The position numbers and the translations under genes were made by a program. The notes beneath the pieces are model-generated. The model saw only the letters and a program-made list of their open reading frames with translations. It searched no databases and was not told the DNA's origin. Of a DNA stretch of 64,000 bases, positions 18,776 through 27,448 are shown in pieces; the first letter of the stretch is position 1; each line of letters opens with the position of its first letter. Source of the stretch: Candidatus Bathyarchaeia archaeon. Its GTDB lineage: Bacteria > Patescibacteriota > Microgenomatia > PFEM01 > JAFGMK01. The stretch is from the NCBI GenBank assembly GCA_035529595.1, contig DATKWK010000035.1, positions 241,067 to 305,066 on the forward strand, given 5' to 3'.

Positions 18776-19957
18776 CTAGTCGCTAGCCGCCCTTGCGGAT
18801 CTGAACTTTAAAAGTTGAACCAGAATCAAAAAAAACAATAATATCCCCAAGACAAAGGCAAATCTTTTAGCGGTAAAAAGATCCATCAATGTTCCCAGGA
18901 AATAAGCGCTAATCATATAAGGAAGATTTTTGATCATATTAAAAGTCGAAATCGTCGTTGCTCGGTATCTTGACGGGGTGCGATTATTAATAATCACCGA
19001 AGCTAAATTTTCATAGACCGTTTTAAATGAAGCCCGGAAAATTAAGGATAATCCGCCCAAAAATAATCCGGCTAAGGGCGAAACGGCAAAAGTAATCGCA
19101 ATTAGTCCTCCCATTAATAAAATCGCATCAGTCTCCTTAAAATGCCGCCTGATTTTCGGGGCAATCTGGGAAATTCCGGCGGAAATCAGAAAAATAACCG
19201 CGACGAAAATTCCCAACTGTTTTTCATTAAATCCGAATTCTACGGCCAGAATATCATTGAGCATTTCATCGGCAATTACCAAAAATCCACCAATGGATAA
19301 AAGCATCAGAGTCTGTCTTTTAATATCGATTGTCTTAAAAAGTTGGATCAATCCCTGCTTATTTTGAATAACGAAATTTTTCAGGGAAAACTTGATGGTA
19401 TCGATTGTTGGCTCTTTAAGAAAAAAAGTCAGCAGTAGCGCTAGAAAATAGGCAGTCGCACAGGCAAAAAATGGAAGTCTGGGATTATAACCATACATAA
19501 ATCCGCCAAGTGCGCCACAGGCAGCCATCATAATCAGCTGGTATGTTTTTATATTGGCTAGGACCCTATCATAAAAAGCTTCTTTTCCCTCCTCTTTCAA
19601 GGTATCAAAAACCAAAGCCTCCATTGTCCCTGAATAAAGCGTTCCGCCGAGTGAAGCGATAAATACCGAAAAAGCAAGAACAGTAAAATTAGGTGCCAAG
19701 GCCATCGAAAAAATTCCGGCCGATTGCAGTAAAAAAGCAATCGTAAGAGTTTTTTTCTTACCTAATAAATCGGCAAGTGCGCCGGTTGGAATTTCCATTG
19801 TCGTCATCGTGATAATCAGAATTGATTCGATTAGGCCAATACCGGCGTAGTTAGTAAAAAGTAGGTAATAAAAAACCCAGACTCCAAGGAAAAACCAAGC
19901 CGTTCTTAAAGCAGCAATCAGATAAGCGATTTTGATGTTCCTAATTTCAGATCTCAA
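18776..19957 (-). CDS. MFS transporter
   Basis: About 12 TM segments; EIPTGALADLLGKK motif A. Confidence 0.88.
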   Translation of the reverse strand: MRSEIRNIKIAYLIAALRTAWFFLGVWVFYYLLFTNYAGIGLIESILIITMTTMEIPTGALADLLGKKKTLTIAFLLQSAGIFSMALAPNFTVLAFSVFIASLGGTLYSGTMEALVFDTLKEEGKEAFYDRVLANIKTYQLIMMAACGALGGFMYGYNPRLPFFACATAYFLALLLTFFLKEPTIDTIKFSLKNFVIQNKQGLIQLFKTIDIKRQTLMLLSIGGFLVIADEMLNDILAVEFGFNEKQLGIFVAVIFLISAGISQIAPKIRRHFKETDAILLMGGLIAITFAVSPLAGLFLGGLSLIFRASFKTVYENLASVIINNRTPSRYRATTISTFNMIKNLPYMISAYFLGTLMDLFTAKRFAFVLGILLFFLILVQLLKFRSARAASD

Positions 19958-20068
19958 TTTTCTTGCAACTATGATATTTTACCCGGGGAGGCAGCTTTAG
20001 AAATTTAATCAATGAAATTTCCAGCTAATAAAATTTTGATCAAGAAAATAGCTAAAAAATTCTCTGAT

Positions 20069-20704
20069 TTAAAGAATGCTATTGATGTCCATTAAATTTT
20101 CTATCGTTCTCCAAGCGTATTTTTCTAATTTTGACCTTTTGAAAGTAATGCCGTGCCCGGTTTTTTTAAAAAGTTCAATGTCATTATCACCGTCTCCCAC
20201 GGCAACACATTGAGATACTTTAAGACCAAGTTTCCTGCAGAAACTCTGTAAATGGCGGAGTTTAACCAAAGAATCGTCACCAAGAACCACGATATTATCG
20301 AGCCGGTCATTCTCATCAAAAATAAAGATATTATTGGATTCGAATAAGCCGATGTTCAATTCTTTAGCGACTTTATCGACCAAGATATCCATCGATCCGC
20401 TGATGAGGGCAACGGCGTACTTTTTTCTTTTCAGATAACTAACGACTTCTTTCGCCCCAGGCCGGTAAGTATAATCTGAAATAACTTTACTGATATTCTC
20501 CAAACTGGCGTTGCCCCTTTTTTTATAAATCTCCGTTAAGATCTTCTGCCATTCGCTATACGAGATAACGCCTTCCTCGTAAAGTTTGAGAAGTAATTTA
20601 TCTTCCTCCCGGGTGATACCCATGGCCAGATTTAAGTTATACTAAGTATTTTCATGCAGCAACGTCTTATTTAAATCGAAACAGACTAATTTAATATCAG
20701 TCAT
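20069..20704 (-). pseudogene. SerB-like HAD phosphatase interrupted by in-frame TAG
   Basis: From ATG 20704: MTDIKLVCFDLNKTLLHENT*YNLNLAMG..., stop at 20642-20644; same frame continues with ISGS, K, VGDGDND motifs. Confidence 0.8.
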
Positions 20705-20724
20705 TATCTTGATTATAGCTCTAT

Positions 20725-21132
20725 TTACTGATTATCTCTCATCTGAAACTCAAAAATAAGGAAACGGTCATCATCGGCTACCGGCCGGCCAAGATAGGCA
20801 TAATAGCCGGAAAAAACCTGCCGCTGTCTTTCCTTGTTTGGATAGGTCTCATGCCCGGGAATAGTCAATGGAAGCCTTCCGAAGGTCGTTCTTTCTTTAG
20901 CGGTAACGGCCGCCCGGCAGATAATCTCTTGAGTCTTATAGTTCTGAAGATCTACCTGATCGCCAACTTGCAAATAATCGTGTTTTTTACCGAACCGATA
21001 GGTTTTTACTTTGGCTCCTGAAAGAATCAGGGGAACCAGTTCCGGAGCAAAAGGAATTACGTATTTATCCGGTCTGGGCTCTACGGGATATTTTGAAGTT
21101 ATTGTCGGTACTCGAACGATCTGCTTTCCCAT
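20725..21132 (-). CDS. ASCH domain protein
   Basis: F....VPLILSGAKVKTYR...L.VGD.V (GxKxxTxR motif). Confidence 0.75.
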   Translation of the reverse strand: MGKQIVRVPTITSKYPVEPRPDKYVIPFAPELVPLILSGAKVKTYRFGKKHDYLQVGDQVDLQNYKTQEIICRAAVTAKERTTFGRLPLTIPGHETYPNKERQRQVFSGYYAYLGRPVADDDRFLIFEFQMRDNQ

Positions 21133-21163
21133 CTCCTGACATTGGTCGTTTCCAAGTATAAAT

Positions 21164-22240
21164 TTAAACCTTTTTTTGCTCCCGCGGCGGAGGTGTTGAC
21201 AACTTTCCGGTCACTGATCGCCACGAAGTCTGGCTCATTCTGTTAGCCCAGTCTTTATTCTTTATCTTATCAACATAAATTCTTACAATCAGCCTCGGAG
21301 TCATAATGCCTTCCTTGTCCCGGTCGAACTCAATATTCTCCTCTACATGAGCGCCGATATAATTATCGGCTATCTTCAGCTCGTCTTTTAAAACTCTCAG
21401 AATCGTATCGTTCAAACTCTCATTAACCCGGATTTTATCCATCGCCAAAAGCGAAGACGAACTGTCACTGGCATAAGTATAGAACTCATAAGCTTCCTGA
21501 TTAAATTCAAAGATCAGCGGTTTCACAAAAACTTTCCGGCTGGAATTGAGGATATTAATATGGCTTTCATTAATAATTTTAAAATCCCGGCCGTAATAGT
21601 CATAAAATTTTGTCGGGACCAGCCCTTTTTCAAACAGACCGGCAAAAATCCTTAAGTTAGGCGAGACGACATAACTTAGCTCGTCCAATTTTTGTTCAGG
21701 GATCTCTTTTTTATATAGGAAGTCCAGTAAATATCGGTTAACGATTGCGACGGTTCCGTCAGCAGTCAGGGCATAATAATGCTTTGTCTTTTGGTAAAAA
21801 TAAACCGGCTTTAAGTTAAACTGGCCGAGAGACTTGCGGACCTCTTTATTGAAATTTCCGATATCATCAGCGATCAATTCCGGATCTTTGGGTATGAAAC
21901 TCTGATAACTTTCACTGTAGAGTTTATAGTCGATCCGGGAATACCATAAAAATTGCCGGATGGCGCTAAAGGTCGGTTCATCTTCCGGACTAATCACTAA
22001 ACTGGCAGCAAAGGGAAAGCTCTGGTTGTCCAAAACTTTCGTACCATCAACCAGGGTTATTTCCGAAGAATAACCCATATTGTTGGAAAGGGAAGCCTGG
22101 GTACTGCTTTTTTGGATAATACTTAAAAACCACCTCTCCCGAAGATCATATAAAAATTGTTGAAAGTCACGAATCTGATCCTGGGTCGTTTTTGAAAGAA
22201 TATAAAAGGTCAATTTCGGTTTTTGGTTGTCTTGATCCAT
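21164..22240 (-). CDS. Hypothetical protein with possible degenerate C-terminal NUDIX fold
   Basis: DKIRVNESLNDTILRVLKDELKI loosely matches the Nudix box. Confidence 0.5.
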   Translation of the reverse strand: MDQDNQKPKLTFYILSKTTQDQIRDFQQFLYDLRERWFLSIIQKSSTQASLSNNMGYSSEITLVDGTKVLDNQSFPFAASLVISPEDEPTFSAIRQFLWYSRIDYKLYSESYQSFIPKDPELIADDIGNFNKEVRKSLGQFNLKPVYFYQKTKHYYALTADGTVAIVNRYLLDFLYKKEIPEQKLDELSYVVSPNLRIFAGLFEKGLVPTKFYDYYGRDFKIINESHINILNSSRKVFVKPLIFEFNQEAYEFYTYASDSSSSLLAMDKIRVNESLNDTILRVLKDELKIADNYIGAHVEENIEFDRDKEGIMTPRLIVRIYVDKIKNKDWANRMSQTSWRSVTGKLSTPPPREQKKV

Positions 22241-22265
22241 GATTTTCCTTTTTGTTGCTATTAAT

Positions 22266-22772
22266 TTAAAGAGAACTTAATTCACTCACCCTAAGGCTCC
22301 TCAAACTTTCTTCTATACCCGACAAATCAGTCGTTGTATAAACTCCCTCAGGCTGCTTTCTCATTCCGCACCTAACAGCCGCTTCGCCCAGTTTATCCGA
22401 ATCCGTTTCAAATGAAGTCGATGCAAGAGGCAAGTGCCTTTCTTCTATAAACCTCTTTAATGTCTGCAGACCAATCAGGAGCATTTTACGGCAGATCCGA
22501 TAACCTCGATCTTTACCTGGTTGTGGAGATTCTGATACTGCCAGTCTCGCTTCGCCCCTCTCCTTGGTGTATTCTATTGAACCCCGAAAGACGACCTGCC
22601 TTTGGCCATCATAAGCGATAAAGCTGCCAGTAGCGACACTGGGACTGTATGGAGCCTGAACCATCCTGGCTGCAGCTACATATAATCCACCTAGATCATA
22701 ATTTTTAAACAAACCCTTCAGATCATCATCAACCTCGACTGGATACTTGTCTTCTGCTGCCTGGTCGTTCAT
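22266..22772 (-). CDS. Hypothetical protein, possibly GNAT-like
   Basis: ORF 168 aa; DRGYRICRKML and AAVRCGM weakly resemble GNAT motifs A and B. Confidence 0.45.
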   Translation of the reverse strand: MNDQAAEDKYPVEVDDDLKGLFKNYDLGGLYVAAARMVQAPYSPSVATGSFIAYDGQRQVVFRGSIEYTKERGEARLAVSESPQPGKDRGYRICRKMLLIGLQTLKRFIEERHLPLASTSFETDSDKLGEAAVRCGMRKQPEGVYTTTDLSGIEESLRSLRVSELSSL

Positions 22773-22887
22773 ATTAGTTTATCGGCTTATTTTATCAACA
22801 CCAGCTTACTTTATCAAGTTTAAATACTCTCTCTATCTGGCTGTCAAAATTAGTGAAAACATTTGAAAGATTAATCAATAAACCATC

Positions 22888-23463
22888 TTATTTAACCGCT
22901 AGTCTTAAAATACTAACAATTGCTTCTTGGTATTTACCGACAAAAAATAAGATATAGACAATAATCCCGGGAAAGACAACATATTTTTCAAACCACTTAC
23001 CAGTCTTTATTCTCCAGGAAGCAATGGGCGGAAAACCAATTTTTAACTTCAGGGGGAAGAAAAGCGGCAGGCCTCCTTCGGTAAAAGAATCTAAAAGAAG
23101 ATGGGAAATAAAGCCGACCATTATCGAAAGATAGACAACCTGAATATCAATAAAGTTCGGATTAAGAAATAAGGGCAAAGTCAAACCCAAGAACTTATAA
23201 GTTAGAAAAGTACCGATTATTGAATGAGAAATTGTCCGGTGGGAAAGAAAAATATTTTTCAAAAACCGGCCGATAAAATCTCCTCCCGGAAGCAGATCCC
23301 AGAGTCTGTTTGACGCCTGGTCAATGTCAGGCAATAATGAACCGATAACGCTGCCGATCGATGAAACGATAATAGTCGTCAAATTCAAAGAAACGGGCGG
23401 AAAAAAAGTCCCAACCGTAACTAAAGAAGCAAAAGCAAAGACATCATGAGTCCTGGCAGTCAT
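22888..23463 (-). CDS. YdjM-like membrane metal-dependent hydrolase
   Basis: N-terminal TH, LLPDID, HRTISHS, SHLLLD. Confidence 0.85.
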   Translation of the reverse strand: MTARTHDVFAFASLVTVGTFFPPVSLNLTTIIVSSIGSVIGSLLPDIDQASNRLWDLLPGGDFIGRFLKNIFLSHRTISHSIIGTFLTYKFLGLTLPLFLNPNFIDIQVVYLSIMVGFISHLLLDSFTEGGLPLFFPLKLKIGFPPIASWRIKTGKWFEKYVVFPGIIVYILFFVGKYQEAIVSILRLAVK

Positions 23464-23552
23464 TAAAAAGAATTATACTATAATGATCGATCTTGGATCT
23501 TTGTGAAAATACATTTTAGAAAATTTTTAGGCAGCTATGCCGAAAAGGAATC

Positions 23553-23696
23553 TTAGAATATTAAACAGATTCTTTTAAAGAGAGTTATACTCGGCGGCGC
23601 CAGTTCAAGTTCCGTAAGCTTATCTGGTGAAAACCATCTCAGGTCTATTAAATCGTCGCCTTTCGGAAGTTCAATCTCACTTGCTATAACCGGCAT
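23553..23696 (-). pseudogene. Probable C-terminal remnant of a NUDIX-like hydrolase
   Basis: MPVIASEIELPKGDDLIDLRWFSPDKLTELELAPPSITLFKRI resembles a Nudix C-terminal strand/helix. Confidence 0.4.
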
Positions 23697-23883
23697 TCTC
23701 TCCTGAGCAATCTCGGGGACAGTTTTGCTTATTTTCTCCGGCTATCGGTTCACAAAGCGTGTTTCCGCATTTTCCCTCGATCTTCTGTTCGCTACTTTCT
23801 TCTTGACCATCCACCTCAGGCAGATTTTTCCCGCATTTTGTTCCAAATATTTTTTGGAAAAAGCCGACAATTTTTTCACTTTT
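23677..23883 (-). pseudogene. Cys-rich C-terminal gene fragment, in frame after the TGA of the upstream gene
   Basis: KSEKIVGFFQKIFGTKCG...CGNTLCEPIAGENKQNCPRDCSG...*; no ATG in frame. Confidence 0.55.
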
Positions 23884-24681
23884 TCACCAAAAAATCTTTA
23901 ATAAAATAAAATATACTATCAAGATTACCACTATTAGGCTGGTAATCAAAAAATCACCCTTTCGCCCCTTTTTCTTAAAATCCCAAAGGGCATACAGCCA
24001 GATTGGTAAAATGATTAAACTTACCAAATAAGCGATCTCCTTATAAGAGCGGATCAGGGTTATGGTCATCTTGGTATCGATTTGTTTTTTCAAATCGACC
24101 AAACTCTCTGATGGCTCCTGGGAAACAAAAATTTTCAAAGATTCTTTCGTATCGTCCAAATAAGCCTTATTGACATCAATCTTTTGCCCATGCCAGATTA
24201 CCGGGATGTTCCAGTTGTCTCTTGTGTCACCGGGTTGGGGACGATAACTCATATTTGTAGAAACTTTCCCTTCGATCTTCGTTACCCAGGCAGGCGCAAA
24301 AGGAACAATAATTCTGCCGAAATATTCCCTCATCGGATACCAGTGATCGGGACAGACAGCATCCTGATAAAGATGGGCAGCGGCAGCTAGCAGCTGCCAA
24401 TCTGCTTTGCCTTCCTGGTAATATCTTTTTAAAAAATACCGGGCTCCTAACCTGGCAGTACAATCAGGCTGGTTATCCAAACACACATGCCCCCAGTCAT
24501 CCCACTTATTAGCGGTTTTAAACTGCCGATCATCGGCAATATTGCAATCAAATGAACCTGGGCATAAGTAAGTATGAATATCCCCGCCCCAGGCTTTAAC
24601 CTGGCTTGGGAATATCACTAAAGACAAAAGAGAAAAAGATAAAAGAAGTCCTAATGACTTTTTCCGAAAATCCCTAGGCAT
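23884..24681 (-). CDS. Secreted, membrane-anchored Zn-dependent phospholipase C / S1-P1 nuclease-like protein
   Basis: Mature N-terminus WGGDIH after signal peptide; H..QD...P.H; two C-terminal TMs. Confidence 0.6.
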   Translation of the reverse strand: MPRDFRKKSLGLLLSFSLLSLVIFPSQVKAWGGDIHTYLCPGSFDCNIADDRQFKTANKWDDWGHVCLDNQPDCTARLGARYFLKRYYQEGKADWQLLAAAAHLYQDAVCPDHWYPMREYFGRIIVPFAPAWVTKIEGKVSTNMSYRPQPGDTRDNWNIPVIWHGQKIDVNKAYLDDTKESLKIFVSQEPSESLVDLKKQIDTKMTITLIRSYKEIAYLVSLIILPIWLYALWDFKKKGRKGDFLITSLIVVILIVYFILLKIFW

Positions 24682-24923
24682 TAATTATATTTATAGTCTT
24701 CACTCTGTCTAAAATCAACCACGGGCAAAACCTGACTGTGGCAAATAAGAACCTCGGGAATGTCCTGATGGGCCGTGACCTGGTGTTCCTTTCACCGGGA
24801 ACAGCCAAAAATGATGTTTATATTGTTTCTTTATCGGCCTTATTAAATACCTGGAATAACTTCAATCCCGTTTTTACTCATGTCCAATCTTCGGTTCAAT
24901 TAATTAAATAATGGCTTCGAAAA

Positions 24924-25402
24924 TTAGGGGTCGATTTTAATTTGTTCTGTATTTATTTTGTTAATTGGTTCTACTGGTGGGGAATTAGTAATTTTAACCT
25001 CTCTTAAATTAGAAAAACCAAAATAAATTCCAAATAAAGCAAAAATCATAATTATCAAAAACTTGGAAGTAATTTCTTTATTAATTATGTATTCAAGCAG
25101 AAAAAAAAACCAATTAACAAACTACCAAAAAAAATTGAAAAATACAGAAATTCTAAGTAGTTGAAGCTTCTCGTTAATTGAAATTCTATAGAGACAAAAG
25201 TAAAAAGCGCAACAAAAATCGCTATGGTTTCAATATTAGTGCGTTTTGCTTCATCTATTTTTTCTTGAAGAGTAACGAGTTTTTTCTCAATGTCATCTAT
25301 TTTACTGATATCTGTAGTTACTGATGATCCACTCGGAGGTAAATTAAAACCTCTTGGAGGTAAAGATTCGCTGCTATTTTTCTTTTTTTGTGCCCTATTC
25401 AT
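24924..25402 (-). pseudogene. Membrane protein frameshifted in a T9 homopolymer
   Basis: ORF 25402-25085 stops early; an alternative frame after the run at 25101-25109 continues 58 codons with another TM to TAA at 24924. Confidence 0.6.
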
Positions 25403-25646
25403 AAAGTTAATTACGGGCAGTTATTGATTGCTAGAAACTTCTAAATCTAATTCCTCTTGAAAATGTTTATCTAAATCAATCTTAATTTTATAGACCACTG
25501 GTTCTTTAAATTGAAGAATAAAAAAGTAGCCAAGAAATTAGATTGTTCTGATTCAGCAACTTAAATCTATGTTCATAGAGCCCTCGATTAATTTCCTAAG
25601 AAATTATATAATTCGAGCAGTATTTCACCAGGTAAACTTTAAATAA

Positions 25647-26630
25647 ATGAACGAAGATTCTCTGGTATCAACAAAAAGCAGGGAAACCGGAAAAGGTGCT
25701 GAACGCCTTCAGCAATATGACAACATTTATTTAGCGCCGCCTTTTTCCGTTTTAGAACCGGGAAAAATAAGAGAGAAATTTCCTCAACTGAGCAATTTTT
25801 GGATTTATGGCTGCGATTTTGCGATCCGAAGGAACGGCAGTGAAAGAGAAATCAGAAGTAATAGCGGCGTCTTAATCGGATTCAGACATGACAACAGCAG
25901 AGTAATTAATATCGATCACCATGCGGAAACTCCGGAAATGGCCCGCTTCGTCTCGACTACCAATTTAGCTATCCTTTTTGTCCAGACGGAAGGAACAATA
26001 CCACAAGGCAATGTCGTTCTTTTAAATCATAATGATACTGATAGTACTCTATCGGCTTTAATTCTGACAGGAAAACTTTCTCCTTCAGACCGATTTGGTC
26101 AGGCAGCGATTGCCGCTGACCATACAGGAGAAAGAAATGATATCGCAGATCTTTTAAACGCAATCAGTGCCAAAAAAGATTTGGTATTTTCAGTTGATTG
26201 CTTGAATAAACTCTTAAGAGGAGAACAGTTACCGGAAGAAGCAATTGAGTTACTGAATAAGCGAATAGCTGAACGACAAGTACTAGAAGAATTTATAAGA
26301 ACCGGTGGTTTAGAAAATATGGGAAACGGTGTTTTATTCGGTCGGTTCACAGGTCCAGTCCGTAGCGAATTTATCCCTGCGATGGTGCCGGAGGCCAGAA
26401 TTTTTGTTCTGGCTTCTCCTCTGGGTGAGGGAACTGATGAAAATACCTGGGATATTAAAGTCCGGGCAGGCCAATCTTTTCCTAAGGGAATGAATTTACA
26501 GAGGCTAGAATTACCTTCCTGGACAGGCCGATGGAATGCTGGAGGTACCAAAAGACAAGGTGGCTGGCACGGAGAAGACCCGAGAGACTATGCTTTACTG
26601 GTCGTCCAAAGGTTAACCTTAAGTAAATAG
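25647..26630 (+). CDS. DHH-like phosphoesterase-related protein
   Basis: NIDHH, NHNDTDS, AADH and C-terminal WNAGG. Confidence 0.55.
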   Translation: MNEDSLVSTKSRETGKGAERLQQYDNIYLAPPFSVLEPGKIREKFPQLSNFWIYGCDFAIRRNGSEREIRSNSGVLIGFRHDNSRVINIDHHAETPEMARFVSTTNLAILFVQTEGTIPQGNVVLLNHNDTDSTLSALILTGKLSPSDRFGQAAIAADHTGERNDIADLLNAISAKKDLVFSVDCLNKLLRGEQLPEEAIELLNKRIAERQVLEEFIRTGGLENMGNGVLFGRFTGPVRSEFIPAMVPEARIFVLASPLGEGTDENTWDIKVRAGQSFPKGMNLQRLELPSWTGRWNAGGTKRQGGWHGEDPRDYALLVVQRLTLSK

Positions 26631-26636
26631 TATAGC

Positions 26637-26867
26637 TTATGAACTTCTCAGTTTGGAGTATTGGTCCAAAATTTTCTCCGCCCAGAAAAGCTGCTGCTCA
26701 CGACTCTTTATTTTATGAGGAAGTTTCACTAATTTTTTACCCAGTTTTTTTCTTGCTTTCCTTAAAAACTCTAAACCAACTTTATTCGCACCCTTTGCTA
26801 AGTAGAAGGCCGCTCTATAAGCGTCAACTATACCATCAGATTTTATATCAAATTTATTTAGGCCCAT
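26637..26867 (-). CDS. Small helical hypothetical protein coupled to DUF5674 gene
   Basis: Overlaps upstream gene by 10 nt; 76 aa, basic. Confidence 0.6.
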   Translation of the reverse strand: MGLNKFDIKSDGIVDAYRAAFYLAKGANKVGLEFLRKARKKLGKKLVKLPHKIKSREQQLFWAEKILDQYSKLRSS

Positions 26868-27196
26868 AATGGCTTAAAAAATTCTTTTACAATTTCAACA
26901 AATTTTTTTCTTCTTTCCGGATCTAAAACTTCTAGATTATCGTTCCCCAGTTTTGGACGAATATTTAACACGGCCGTCGCGTCTACTTGCTTATCTTTCA
27001 GATTTATTCCCCCACCCCAAATGTCATCTTGCCGGCTGCCCTTTTTTAACAGAATCCTTTCTCCGTCCGCATGTAATTCTCCGCCTGCAACTAGCCAACG
27101 ATTTTCAATATCTACCGTCACTTTCAAATAATCTCCCCATTTATCCTGAAGTCTTTTTATTTCGTCAAGAGCCAGTGGAGAATCAAAAAATTTCAT
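26858..27196 (-). CDS. DUF5674 family protein
   Basis: K.TVDI......GGELHAD.E..LL..GS.Q.DIWG....NIRP. Confidence 0.8.
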   Translation of the reverse strand: MKFFDSPLALDEIKRLQDKWGDYLKVTVDIENRWLVAGGELHADGERILLKKGSRQDDIWGGGINLKDKQVDATAVLNIRPKLGNDNLEVLDPERRKKFVEIVKEFFKPLWA

Positions 27197-27230
27197 ATTT
27201 TAATTTTAACACAATGGTTCTTTCATTTTT

Positions 27231-27287
27231 TTACCCACACTTCGGGTAGCAACATTTTTTACACTTCTTACCTGAAGCGCAAGCAAA
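27231..27287 (-). repeat. Degenerate copy of the secA 3' end (relic A)
   Basis: 38/57 nt ungapped identity to 30064-30120; reads FACASGKKCKKCCYPKCG* versus CWCGSGKKWKKCHYPQLV*. Confidence 0.75.
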
Positions 27288-27343
27288 TTTACAATCCGGG
27301 ATCGGAATGAACTTATGATCCGGGAAAAAGTATACTTTCTCGG

Positions 27344-27395
27344 CTAATTGTGGATAATGACACTTTTTGTAGTGTTACCTAAGTAGGTTACCACA
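27344..27395 (-). repeat. Degenerate copy of the secA 3' end (relic B)
   Basis: 27344-27368 matches 30069-30093 at 22/25 nt; reads KKCHYPQL. Confidence 0.75.
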
Positions 27396-27448
27396 ACATA
27401 ACCTAAGTAATTTTTCCGAACATCACAGCGGATCGATAAATGACCAAT

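Noticed and set aside
20642-23886. Stop-codon reassignment suggested by in-frame TAG and TGA
   Set aside because: TAG ends prfB and serS, TGA ends lysS, and RF2 is encoded; isolated cases fit mutation or gene remnants.
24690-24900. Possible ncRNA or pseudogene in a GC-richer intergenic patch
   Set aside because: No recognisable RNA family motif and only interrupted frames; cannot be assigned without a search.
27349-27357. Perfect DnaA box TTATCCACA suggesting oriC
   Set aside because: Single box, explained as part of the secA 3' relic (secA itself has CTATCCACA); no box cluster or dnaA nearby.
27388-27420. dif/Xer-like site (TTATGTT arm)
   Set aside because: Only 7 nt match the XerD arm and there is no convincing XerC arm.
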